Shown here: one piece after another, positions 40,056-54,063 of the stretch | Position numbering within the stretch: position 1 is the stretch's first letter | Layout: each line of letters begins with the position of its first letter | Assembly (NCBI GenBank): GCA_965285935.1 | Contig: OZ260664.1 | Coordinates: 78,244,001-78,308,000 of the forward strand | DNA length: 64,000 bases | Reading direction: 5' to 3' | Source of the DNA: Ophelia neglecta | Lineage: Eukaryota | The notes under the pieces: generated by a model | Seen by the model: only the letters and a program-made list of their open reading frames with translations | Told to the model about the DNA's origin: nothing | Databases searched by the model: none | Translations under genes and position numbers: made by a program

Positions 40056-43000
40056 CTGGAAATTAGACTGTTTGTGCGCAAGAATAAGTTATACTGGGTT
40101 ACTAGTTGTTCAACGGTTAATGATCATGCAATACTTCCCAAACACATTATTGTGAAAAGGCTTGTGAAAAGAAACGTCCGAGTTGACTCTTTTTGTATGC
40201 TGTGTTTTAAAGATCTAGCGAGTATTCTGCAGGGACCAGGTGGCTTGTCTAAGTGCCCATCTTGTATTGCACTCTGTCTTGATATTAGGGATGTAGTCGC
40301 AATTTAACCACTTTAGCAAGAAACAATGCAAATGCAGTATTCTAGCCTGTCAGTAGCCAATATCAAAAGTCGAGATGAAACCAAACGGACATCCAAACAT
40401 TTGTCTCGAGCCGAAGGCATCGGTCAGACAGAAAACTAGGTTAAAATGGGAATGTGGTAGAACAAAACAATGTAGAGCATTTGATGTAAGAATGAGATTA
40501 GTTCAAACGGCGTTGTTGTTGCATGGTAGAAAGTAAGATGCAGGATCGAAAAAAAACATTTGGAATTGATTGTTAAGGTCGTTAAAAATATCGAGAAAGG
40601 CATATTGTTAGATGTTAATAATATGTAAAATTCGTAACAATAGTCCATTGCTTAGTTAAATATTTTAAGGTGAGTTAAATGTTCAAGGCTAAACATTCAA
40701 TATTCCTCCAAACTACAGGCTTTTGCGTATAAGGAATGACCACTTATAGGGATAAAGAGCATATTGATTTTCCATGTTAGTCTTGTGATAGATGAGCTAG
40801 TCCCTTCCTTTCCGGAATTATTAAAAGAACCAATGCGTGCTTACTGTCGCTAGGCCATGTCCGCAAGAACAGGAAGCAAACAAGCTAAAGGATTGTGTGG
40901 AAGAAGGTTATCATGTTCGTCACAATAGGCAATAGTGATCCCATCCAATATCTCACAAATACCCCCGATGGGATATGCACGCTCTGACAACACCGCACCG
41001 AGCCCTCCCCGATTACAACCAAATGGGATAATCTTGGCAGCTGTTTACATATCCTTAACAAATGAGCTGTGAAAAGAAGTGCATTGGCACTTGTTTGATC
41101 ACCAAACTTAATTGTTATAGGAGCATTCACTTACCAAATGAATAGAACCAAATCTCTAGTATACTCCACTGCAGGGCATACGCGAAGAATACCAATCCAT
41201 TTCTACCCAATCTCCTTATAACCGGTTTGTAAGAAAAAGTAATATTAGATTCAAAAGTTAAATGATGAAACAATTTTGAAAGGAGGGAAATACATATTAC
41301 ATGGGATTTTGATACAAAGCTGGACGTAGAATAAGATTTGGCAAAGTCGGTAATCTAAAAGCAGTCATCAGATGACAGAACAAACAAGATACGATGAAAT
41401 GATCGAGTATTTTTCGCATACGTTCACTATCCCTGATATCAGCTGCTTTCGAAGCTCTGCCAACTAATGTGCAAACTGTTGGCGAAATGACCGGGACATT
41501 CGGTGTATTTAAATTCTTGTCTTAATTGATCATCATATGATAAGTGAAGCGGTTAGTGACTCAATTGATTAAACTGATTTATTGATTTATGATATGTCCT
41601 TCATCCAAGATGTGACAGCATAGCATCTTAAAATTGGCCATCGAAGATCAGTTATACAGGACCTGCAGATTAGCGATCCTGTGTTCCTGGCAAACGTTTA
41701 GAAAGTTATATTCACGTTAGCGTCTCACTAAGTATTGCATTATCAATTGCCATACTACATCGAGCATTGGCTGGTCGGCCATGACGTTTTTATGCCTTCA
41801 AAGCGCTCAGCAGATGATAAATGAGGGATCATGTGGACCGTTCTCAAGTTCTGACATTTCATTATTACAGTAATTGGTAAAAGGGCCAAAATGGCATCTT
41901 CTTACGTAAGCTAAGAAAATATAGCCTTTCTTGTATCTTCATATTAAATGACAAAGTCTAGTAGAACCCTTGTTTGACACTTGCAAATTGATACATAAAC
42001 TTGAAGTCCATCGTATCCGATGAGTCATTTCTGTAAGACAAATGAGATGGCTGAAATCATCCTTTATTGCAGCCCAATTCAAGGGGACCCTGGACAATTG
42101 ACGCTGTATCTGGTTCTCGGAAGGCAAACGCTCATTTAGCACTACATCTATTATTGAGCTCAGTCGGCAGTTTGAGTGAATTATGTGATACATGTCATAG
42201 ATCAATATGCACTATTGTTGCATGTTAAATTGAAACTAATTCACCCAGAGCAATCATTCAACTTTAAACTGTCCAGTTTATGTTATAATTATATAGACAA
42301 GTGGTCCATCTGTTTCTGCCGGAGAAATATTTATTCATGAAAAACAATTGTAGATAAGCCAACAATAATGAATCGTTAATCAACAAGATCCCCATAACCC
42401 ATCCAATTTCCTCCTATTGAGTCGACAAGAGAGTCGCCGTCCCACCAATTACTTAGGCATAAGGAGCGATGGGTATTTATTGTGCTACCACCCATTCCTC
42501 CTGTATGAGAAACATATGGGACATGCCGAACAAACGCTAAAAGTTACCAAAATAGGAAACCAGCTTCATAAGTCACATGTTGTCAACTTTTACTCAAAAC
42601 TTATACTGACTTTAATGACAAAAGTAAGAGAATACTATTCAGTCAATTCTTTGTGACCTTCTCCAATTCTCAATTCATAAATTCATCATAACTCTGATGA
42701 TATTCCCGACTAAATGATTTCAGGTTCAATGATGAACACATCTATTTGTTGTGAATCGCCTATGAGTCGCTCGTCTTCCTGACCGGATATGAGAAGACAT
42801 GAACATGCGTTCGTCAGCTTGGCAATATCCAAAGCTTCCGGATAAGTGACTTATAATGATGGTCCCGACATAGACACATGTTTGACACAAAGGCTTCATT
42901 CTCACTACTAGCCCTTTAAGCATGCGCAGTTTGCATGTACATGTAGTTAACATCTGTCAGCAGTCGTTGCTCAGCAGGTACATCGGACCGTTGCAGAGAA

Positions 43001-46000
43001 AAACAAGTACCTGAAACGTCACACAAGGGAGGAGGGGGGGGGGGATACGAAGTGTGTGTAAGCCATGACTAAGCAGTAATCTACCATTTAAAAGGGAAGA
43101 TAAGCAGGGATCGTTAACGAACGTCCAAAGATAAGTCATTGTGTTGCGGAAGTATGTGCAGACTTCCTAGCCTGATTAAGCACACAGAAGATTGCTGAAG
43201 CCTACCTAGCTTAAAGATTCCATTTCTAATTCTGCCAAATCATTCCTCGGAAAGTGCGTGCGTGTGTGTGTGTGGGGGTGGGGGAACTTTTGCTCCTCCT
43301 TCTGGTAACTGAAGCGTACTTTCTGAAGTCTGAAGAACACTGGAGCACGGTTTTGGGGTGAGGATGGGAGGGGTGAGTTGGGATGGCATCTATATCTTCT
43401 CGGTAGAATGATGGTTAGTGCCCAAAACTTTTAGATGCTTCATACACGCTCTACAGTGTAAACATATCTTTTTGAGACGGAACGTTTCTTTGATACATTA
43501 ATGTACCAAATGGGCCCTAAATATTTTACAAAGTAAGATTGGCAAGGCACACGGAACAATTCAACATCAAAAAACTGCTTTTGTTTGCCAGAAAACCAAT
43601 ATTTGACCAATTCAAACTATAGTAGAAAGCTTAGATCACATTACGCATTTCATATTTATGAGTTTCCCTGCTTCCCATAGTTAAAAAAAAAGATATAACA
43701 TTTCACTAAAAACAGGAACTACTTTGTGCAAAGTCCAGACGACACAAGCCGTGTGTTTGTTCTCGACCGAAGCATTTGCGTGTGTCTGATTGTACACGTT
43801 ACGGCCGGCGAATTAAGCATAACATGATGTTTATGATAGTAACTCGACCATCAAACATGTAGATGTGGCACTGATCAGATTGACCCAGAGCAGCTCCTCA
43901 CGGGTCAGCCAGCGTCGCAGGGTAAAACCGCCATGCAGATCGCCCGGCCTTCAACACACAGTAGCATATATTTGCTTAATCATTGGCCAGAAAAATCAGA
44001 CAATGAAACACATGTAATGGTAACTTAGTAGAATCATTTTAGACACGAGCAGAGCCCAAGTGCTCTCCCCATAAAGATAATGTTATAAGTATATTCTATG
44101 ACAGTTATATCAGAATGATTTGACGGTGATGACCTTGTAAGGGTTTGAAAAAAAGAAGGAACTCTAAATAAATTATTATACAGCTTTTATGACGTCTTTC
44201 ATTTGTGGTAGGTAGGCAGGCCTAAGATTGTTTCAAGAAAAAGTCGAAAATACATCAGTTCTGTAATGGCTTCCATTTACGCCACAAATCCCTAGACATT
44301 CACAATATACCGGTGTTTCAAAAAAAACACTTGTTAATCCGGCAACCTATTTAAAAAGCTGAATATTCATTTTTAACAAACATAGCACCAAATATACATA
44401 ACCTAGCACTTATCGCTTTCCACTGCATTTGGAATGCAAACAATTGTCCATTCTGTTTTATTGAGCTCGGCCGCAACCTCGAGCAAATATAGTGCACACA
44501 TATTACAAAAAAGCAGTGTCGAATTAAGGCACTTAAAAAATATAAAAAGTTGATCATGGAGAACAGAATATACAAAAAAATACTAATCCTTGAAGAAGCA
44601 AACTACAGTTCCAATGCGTCTATTATTATTCTAGATCTTTGGTCTTATGATATTCTTTCCAACGCAATTATTGCACACCTTCCTTTTTTTTTCCTCTGGG
44701 AAAGTCAAACTACTATGGTCGATTTGTAAGCACCGACATTAACAAATACTCAAAGCAAAGAGTGAAATGTTGCTCCATTATTAAACCTTGTGCCGGTTTC
44801 CGATCCACGTCGATAACATAAGGCGTCTCGATCGGAGTCTGTCGAGATCCTAGGCTCTGTCAAGTCCTCACTTCCTGCTCCAGTCGATAGGCTTTACAAT
44901 TGTTTTGCTTTCAAATCAACCAGACTCAATGCGACTATATGCTTTGCATACAAACCTTCTTTTTCTAGCAGACCCGAATGAATCTTTTAAGTATGGATTT
45001 ACCTGCTTTTGAGCATTGTTTTGTATTGAACACAGAACTTAAAGTGCACAGATAGGCCTACTGGGGTACAGTCTATATAAATTAATCAGTCCCAATGCCA
45101 TCAAGCAATGCGCCATATAGTCCAGAACACATATTTGTTGTTTAAGCGCTGCTGGGTAAGGCTCTAAGCATAAGACGCCAAATTCAAGTCATACTAGACT
45201 AGATTGGTTTGCTTGGGTGGTGACTTTTAAGGTGCACGATTAATGCTAGATGCCTCGACAGTTCGATTGTATAGTGCTAAGGTCGTTCTTGTAAATGAAG
45301 CTCTATTCATTGTCAGACTAATTATAATATTGATTCAAATCACACTTGCTTAAAAATTTACTTAATCTCAAGATGGTTTGCCAGATCATATTTATACAGA
45401 TTAGCTTTAATGTTTTGCGGATGAGGTGAATGATGACCAAACTGGTTAAAAAAATGAAATCTGGACTTTCCTTAAACATACAAGGGAACTAAACCTGGAC
45501 TGCTAAAAAATCTACTACAATTTATTTCAAATGTTAGATCGATGAGAGACCTTTTTTATTTAGTTTTGCTATGTTCAAAGATGGGTAACAACCGCATAAA
45601 TGATATATTGTGGCGGACATAATGGACATGACGCTTAATTAAAGATTATTGACCCACTGTATACATCTGCAAACCACAAGAAAAGCTGCATATTGAGGGA
45701 AAGGAACCTCACACGAAGTATAACAGAAAAAGAAAACTATTAAGGACATAGGTACCATTTTGTTGGCGGCAAAGTACTAGATGCAGAATATATCACAGTA
45801 ATAAATATATACTGTGGACATCACGTTAAAGGTCAGTACAACAATAAGTTATCTGTTGTCCGGGGTAATATTATAACGTCTCAAGTCTTATATTTGCACA
45901 GCTTTATCTGGGTTGGAATATTCTGACAGCGTAAAAATGAGATTTGGCCCCGTATTACACAGTAAGCGTATATTCATCTTAACACATATTGTGAGAAGAA

Positions 46001-49000
46001 TAACGATTCCACATTACTTAAACTAGCATATACATGGGCATATCGTCAGCATAAACACATCAATCAACACTTGTAGTACCTTCATAGCTATGAGATAAAT
46101 GTAATAACATTTCTATGATAGACGATGGTGGAATGCCAAAGGAAAGGGCTTGCACTATATGCCATTAAAACCAGCTGACAATACTTACATCGAATGTCAG
46201 CAAAGATGATTATGATACTAGCATACAGTGATTTAGAGGGTTGAAGACGTTTGGTATATATTTCAGTACCATGTGCCACCAATTATAAGCAGTTTAGGTG
46301 GTAAAAACTTTACTTGCGACCAGACAAGCCTTTCTACACTCTAATTTGAGAAGATATTAAACTAATTTGAATACACAATTTTGGTTCAAACAAGTTGGAA
46401 GAAAGTGTCTGCAGTGATCTTTTATTTATAGGGTGTTTCTTCTCTGAGCTGCTAGAATAAAATACGTGCTTAAGGTTTTAAGTATTTACAGAATATTCCG
46501 TAAGAAGTTTTGTATTTATACAGTCCTTGCTTGTCACTTTCGATATATAAAATAGTTAGTTAAAGAACAACCCTCATTAACAGAATAATCTATCACGTTC
46601 CCTGGCGCATTTAAGTGACTACAATCAGTAACTCAAATAAACTTGCATGACATTTTTCACCATTTCTTACCTGCCATACTTCCAATAGGAAAACAACAGA
46701 CCACATATTTCCTACGAGTAAAAACGACTGCATTTCAAGAGTACACATGTGTTCATTTTTAATTTACATATTAACCAGTTTCCTTTTTCTTTATAGCTAT
46801 TCCTAAATAAGTTTTCCACCTCAAGCAACACCATAAAAGTTCCTACGTCAGGAAATTCATCTGCCAAGTTCAATGTAATGTATCGGCGAAAAAGTCTCCG
46901 TGGTCCTCATTGTCCATAGAAATTTTAGCCACTTAGTTTCGCCCTACTTGGTAGTTTTATATATGCGACATACTATTTTCGCGAAAAAAGAAGGCTGGCA
47001 TTGGATGCTAATAATGCGGGCATTTCGCGACACTTTATTCTCTCGAAACTATATCCTCACAATCACTAACATTGCAAGATCACTGAAATGTTTAATCCTT
47101 GGGAAACAAGTCAATAATACATAATGAGATTTAATACTAGTCATTCTGCTACTCATTTAATTTGACTTAATACGGCACTGCTAATACGCTGATGCGGGTA
47201 TACTGTGGGACAAGGCAACTTCCAATCGGGTTTTTGGGAAGATGTAACAGTTGCGGCTAGTGTCCGGGCCTACACGTTTTAATGTAATGCCCAAAATTGC
47301 CTTAATTGATTAGGCCTACCTTTTATTATTACAATGACATTCATCCGTGTAATACTATTTGCAAGTCGGTTGTTTTCTATTCTGAAGAGCCTGATTGCAA
47401 ATATTCCGAATTGTCGCTCCTTTTTAGTTAAATGAAGTAAATAAACTTGTATTGGATTTCTGAAATACCAGACGCCCTTTACTGCGCAGGCAAATGATAT
47501 ATCATGGAATTCAATTAGGAAGAATACTAGAATCTTTGTTTACGATGTCTATTTTCAACCATAGAATTACACACACACACTTTGCAGTGAACGGATTATT
47601 AAGAAAATTGTATATAACGATGGAGGGAGTCGGCCTGAGTTCATTTTTTGCCGATAAGGGTATAACTTGAAAGCTGTAACTCAATGCTCGTCAATATTTG
47701 TTGACCTTATGAAACTGTTGGAAATCTACTATAGGAAAGAAATTAACAAGGAAGCTAGAACTAGACAGTGTGAATCATTCTATAATTATCCTACGCGTCT
47801 ATATAAAAGATCTCAATAGGCGTCCAAGGATTGTGTTTGTACTCAACATTCTTTAATTCTACGTTTCACTTACTCGAAACGCAGTAAGAATTGGCATTAT
47901 GTAGGCACCAAAGTCGAAATATTATGTCATGTTTTGTCGCACCAATCTTTTAATGCCATTTTAGTGGGTAGAACTAATAGCATATTTGAAGTAAGGGAAC
48001 CAGTAATTGATGTTTTGCGGCAGCTGCAATTCCTCAGGCATTGCGCCAAATATAATATACTATTCCTAATCAACGATTGCATTTGGTTTTGCTGTGGCCC
48101 TGGAAGTATGTGTTTGAATAAAGGGTAGGGGGATAAAAACACCGGCCTTAGGACGTAGTCTTGTGGAAAATTAGAGACTGTTCTCCAAAGCCCAGGCCAT
48201 CGAGGATAACACGTTGACTAAAGACGTTTTAGAGAAAAAGAAAACAACCCGTGATTGGTTCGACTGGAAAGAACTGCATTTGACATCCTATCAGAGTAAA
48301 TAAGGTTTTTATAGCTTAGTTTCCAATACAAATCAGATGGAATATGCTTTTAATAGTGTTTCTGATCCTTACCGTTGTGCATAATTTAACACGTTTCCAA
48401 ACTATTTAAAAAGACCATGTGCTTGGGAAACCAGTTGTCTCCTTTTATCATTTTTGTTTGCATATGATATAGTACAACCACGGAAGATTGAATTCTCGGC
48501 AAATCTCAACGTTTAATCAAAGTATCCCTTCGAAATTCAGTATTGACGCATTGCATTACTACCAATGTCAGTTTTTTATGGATACATAAAGCACACACTG
48601 TATTAAGTTAACGGCATCATTTCCCTGATATAATGCTAGGATTTTGTCCACGAGATCAACTTCGTAGTGTTTACACTATCTTCACGCATGGAAATACCCC
48701 CAACAGGATATCATCCATGAAAGCTGTCATTATATGTACTGGAATTTTGATAATATGTTGTTTATACATTCAGAAAAGAGATAAATCGATACAATGTTAC
48801 TTGATTGGTCAGTGTAGTTTAACCAAATCAACCCAATAGGTCCAGATCAAAGTCAATAAGTTTCGAATTTCGATGACCTCACGGACAATTTATCCTTTAT
48901 ATTCCTGTTTGATATACATTCATTGAAGCATCAATTATTCATGAATTTCAAAGGCAAACCACCAGAAATAAAGTTAAGGATCAAGGTAAATGTCCCTGAC

Positions 49001-52000
49001 CTGAATTGATTCCTCAGTCATTATTTGTCATATCATAGCTATATAAACTTCGAAATTCTATCGATTTTCTACTTTCATGTCATTCAAATCACCCACAGGG
49101 TATTATATTTTATATATAACTTATCACGAGGGACACCGTTGACAAGCCATCTCCGTTAAGATGTTCCACGCTTCCACGCCTGGTCTTATCTTGAATCTTG
49201 CATCTGTCAACCATGGTCTTACGAGGGTAATTCGTGTGCTAAGATTGAACGACATTCACACCACCTCCTAGTCAAGGGATTAGCCATTTCATGCACTTAT
49301 AACCCTAGTCACATTTGTGGAGGGCCTTCCTATATCCTTTATATTTAGCTCTTTATAAACTTCACAATGTGATTTCGATGCATTGCACATCACAGCTGCA
49401 TGCTCCACCCAATATGACACGATGTAAACGACAATAGTTCTTTCCTTATGTACATCGTTATTCTATTTATATGTGTGCTTGTATCATTGAAGGTAGGTCG
49501 TACTCGTTAAAACTAACCCTATGACTTATTAGGATGGAGACAGATTAAAGGTCAGGTACAAGTTGATTCCAGTGTTATGAGATGGTTACTGCCTTCAACC
49601 TACAGTTTGTTGAAAGACAATAGGTAACAAAGTGCGTAGGACGAATTCGGAGACTGCAGGAGCACTGTTTTTTTTACCAAGAAATTCCATTAATCACTAT
49701 AGAACAATTTCCGTTTGCTACTACATAATGACGCATATTGCAATCGCCACTTCTTCATCATGATAAAAACTCACAACAAAAATAGAACGTGTTGTCACCA
49801 CAGTTCAAGATTTACTGGTACAAGGGCAATAGACACACTCCCTTTGAGGATATTAACAAATGTATAAACAACAGGATAGGCAACATTCTTGTCATATATG
49901 GAACATTAATGCTTTAAAAGGATTATGAAGATAGGCCTTTCGTTATTTGGTAATGAAAATACTGCCGTTGTAATGTATGGGATGCCCTTTCTCTTGTAAA
50001 TTTGTGATGTATATGTTATGCTGCATCCTCACATCGATAATTGGGAATTCCAAAATAACATTACTTGATACTAAGCCGAATGAGAGTTACAAAAGGTATG
50101 AAAGAGTAAGATGTATTGTATTTGGACCCGTTGCCTCTATTTGGTATGTAAGAAATTTCGCATACCAGTCGATAAGGAAAAGGACGCAGCTGCACCATAC
50201 AAAATGAAGGCTGAAACCTTTTCGGGATGTAGCCTTGTAGTGCTAAACGAGATTTTCTGATTACGCAAGGGTGAGTTAAGCTCTGTACGCCACCCCTTAA
50301 TTAAACACATTTTAACATGACATTATTACAAAAGTACAGCTTGTGTTCAGTAGGAAACCTAGCTTGCTATGATCACATGAACTTGTCGTTTGATCTGGTG
50401 ACTGCAAGCAGACGGTAACTACCGTATCTAGGGACTTTATGGCGTTTTACAATGGGGTCGATTTCTGTCGATCTTAGAGAATGGCCCCAAATATAAACGG
50501 CAAAAAATATCAAAGGGGCCAACTAAGGCTTTTTATCGCAAGAAAAACTTATGGCGGATAAATGTCTACATTTTCATTAAAAATGCCAAATAGGATAACT
50601 TGTTGCTATGTTGGCGAAATACGTTGATTACTGATTTAACTTGATACCAATAAAGCAGCATTTGAATTCAAAATGGCATCTGCCGATCAGACCCCTAGTT
50701 ACTTTCCTTTACATTTTTAGTAACGTTATTAATACAGAGGTGTCGACGCTGCAAATAGTATTAGAGAATACATGATAAGCCTTCTATAAGCCCGCTGTGC
50801 TGTTAACCGTCTATTCACCAGATCAGACGGCAAGCTCCTATGGCTGCCTGTTTTGAGATTAGAAAGACCGGACTTGATACCCGACAGACAAGGCAAGTCA
50901 ATAATCAAGATAGTTTAATTAATCGGTGCAGAACCTTCAGGCTTTCATAGCTCAATCCCCAACTCCCAAACAGCATATGAACCTGTAATGAAGATGTCAT
51001 GTAATACAATGAAGCAGTTCAGTTTCATCAAAGATCATTTGTTAAGCAAGACATTTGTATGTTTACTGTGTATCGTTTGGATTCTTATTCTGACTGATGA
51101 TTGTCCGGGGAAATTATTGATTGTTAAGTGGGGAACAGAAATGAGGCTCGAGTGGCTAGTATAATGATCCCAGTCTTTGGGAAAACAATCTACTGCACAT
51201 GTAGATTTAAACTGGCACACTGCATTGATGAATGCGGTAGAGATAACTATACAGAATTAATTCACAGATGAGTGCCAGAAAAAAATCTAGTGTCATATTG
51301 TAACAAAAACCAAAAACAGTTATAGTTCAGGTAATAGCAAGGCATGCCTTTCGGTCCAGAAAATGCCATCTCGCTTTAGCCATATTGAGACAAAATGTCT
51401 CCTTTGTCTCCTGCCAAATGTGAAGACTATATAAAGTTCAGGATAATAAATACCAATGTTCCACGTATTTACAGGACGATCCTTCAACAGGATAACAAGA
51501 CTAGACCTACATTGGAAGTCTTACGGGATGCAACTGAGGCCTTCATTAGAACAGTCAGACTTAGCTCGGCCTATTCCACCAGCTAATCACCCATCCAGCT
51601 AATTTCCTCCTGCACCTTATCATAGGGAATGAAGGCGCATTTCACGTCGATTGTCAGCTGGAAGCATGGAATGTCCTTTTATGAAAGGTAAGCAATCACA
51701 TTTAACTGGGACATTACTAAATACGACATATCGCAATAAACAATTGCTAATTTTTCTAATTAAAAAAAAATCTCAAAATGGAAAATATACATGAACCATA
51801 ACAAAGTTATTCTGACCTTAGACATTTCTTTGGCAAGACCACATTATCAGAAGGACCTGGATTTTGACTAATCTATTATATAACATTCAAGGAGAGCACA
51901 CTTCGTACTTTGAACGCGCTTGTTCTAAAATGTGAATAGCCTACAAAATGTTTATTTGTCTCAAATAGAAGCCTCAGAAGATTCCCGATGATGTTGGACC

Positions 52001-53322
52001 GACCGATTTAAGGACATTCTTGGTTTCTTTTAGGAGTAGTAGTCCTTTTATTTGGAAAAAAAACTATAAAGATACAAATGTATTAAACACAAGTTGTGAG
52101 ATGCAGATCGCCAGCTTATAATAAGCTGCATTATCAACCTTTTTGCTTCGTTAAAATTAATCAAAAGAAGACCGCCCAATTGCAAGCCAGACAGCATGTT
52201 TAAATATTTCGGTAAGGAATGACTTTTAAAAACACTCATTGACAAGCTTATTTCTACTTATGATCCTCCAGTTGCCAGTGAGCATGTTTTAATGTCTAAT
52301 TGTCATGTCTGCCATTCTACCTCGTGAACAAACCCAAGTTTGAAGCATCCAAACGCCAAGTATTAGTATGAGTATGACAGAATTGTATGGCTAACCTCTT
52401 AATATATAAATATTATATGTTGTGAGTTTGACCATTACATGCCAACTAGTAAATCTTCCGAGAAAAAACTGTCAATGATAATCAAATAGATTGATATGCT
52501 AGGGTGTTTACAAAGGATTACAAACAGGGCAAAATAATAAAGCGTCAAACTGTTTGCCAATAGGGGGTGGGGGAGTGGGGGTGGGGGGTGGGACGAAGTT
52601 CATAAAAGTAGTGCCGAGATTGGTATTCAATACTATTTTGATGAATAACTTTACCGGTTGTTGTTCTCGGACCGTCCATTACTAATTTGAACAAATACAT
52701 CTTACAATGAGACAAGTGTCTACAAACAATGCTTGGATGTCTACACAAAGTAATGAATAAGAAACGCCACAACTTGGTTAACAGGAATAAAAATATGAAC
52801 TCTATTCATGAGCAACTGGTAAGATGGAATCCAGTGGTTTATTTACAATGATGTTCCTCGGCAATGATCACGGTGATCTTACCCGGGGGTCCACTCAACG
52901 GCTCTATGGGTCGCCCATACGCTTCTTAATAGCTCCTGGTTACAATAAACATGATTAGAATTGCACCCGAAGAAACGGAAATTTCCGGCTTCTATTTTGA
53001 TAGGCTTTAATTTTGGTGTCAACACATGCAAATAGTATTAAAGTTCTAAATACATATATACGGGAATGAAAGACGACTAAAGGTGCGTTTTTATGGCGCA
53101 TGAGACCCTGCATTATCGGAAAAAAATGCTTTATACTGCACACAATGATATTAGGCCGTACCAGATTCAAAACTGATTCTCAGCTGTAGTATAGCTCGTA
53201 TATTTTATCTAGTCTACCAAGTTTAAACGTCCACTTAGCGGACAGACCCAGGACAACATTTACTTACCCAAAACTAAAGCAGGGGGTATCCCGGACTCGA
53301 ATTACTTAATGGGAACCATGAA

Positions 53323-54063
53323 TGAGAACCATTTAAAGAATCCACAAAATAGTTAATCCTGTGAAGCTCATGTCATACTCAGGTCAAATAAATGGACTTT
53401 ATGGCATTTGTAATCTGTCTGCAAGCCAAAATCAATTTTTGCGGTTCTTCCTGACAGAACGCGGTAGGACTCAACGCATGCTATATTTTTCTCTATTTTC
53501 CACCTCTGTCCTACTTTGACAACAGGCACAGAAGTGACTCGCATTATGGAAAACGGTTGACTATTTCTTATTGCAAGTGATATCAATTTTTATTGAATGT
53601 TTTATTTTGTTACACGGGTATTTACTGTTTGGTATCTGGAAATTGATTAATGATGTGTGGATATCTGTGGCTCATGGTTCCTTATCATTTTAGACCGATT
53701 TATAAGACGATTCTTGGTCAATGAATTGCTCTTGTCTGCCGTGTATCCACGGCCTTTATTTTCCAAAGTATATTAAACGAACAGAACACACTTGAGTTCC
53801 ATTAGCTAATAGCTGTCTAAATCATTCGTACTATAAATCATTCGTACGTATTCAGGGCTTCACTTCTGCCAGGCAAGTAATTGCAACGGCCTAATGATTT
53901 CACACTGTGCAAGTTTGAGAACCATTAAAAGAATCCATAAAAAAAGTTAATCCTGCGAAGCTCATGTCATAGTCATGTCAAATAAATGGACTATATGTCG
54001 GCAAGCAAAAGTCTATGTTTGCGGCTCTTCCTGACAGGCCGCGGTCGGATTCAACGCATGCTA
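53323..54063. repeat. Diverged ~150-160-bp direct repeat pair (53323-53483 and 53916-54063)
   Basis: Both copies run TGAGAACCATT..AAGAATCCA...GAAGCTCATGTCATA...AAATAAATGGACT...TCTTCCTGACAG..CGCGGT.GGA.TCAACGCATGCTA. Confidence 0.8.
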
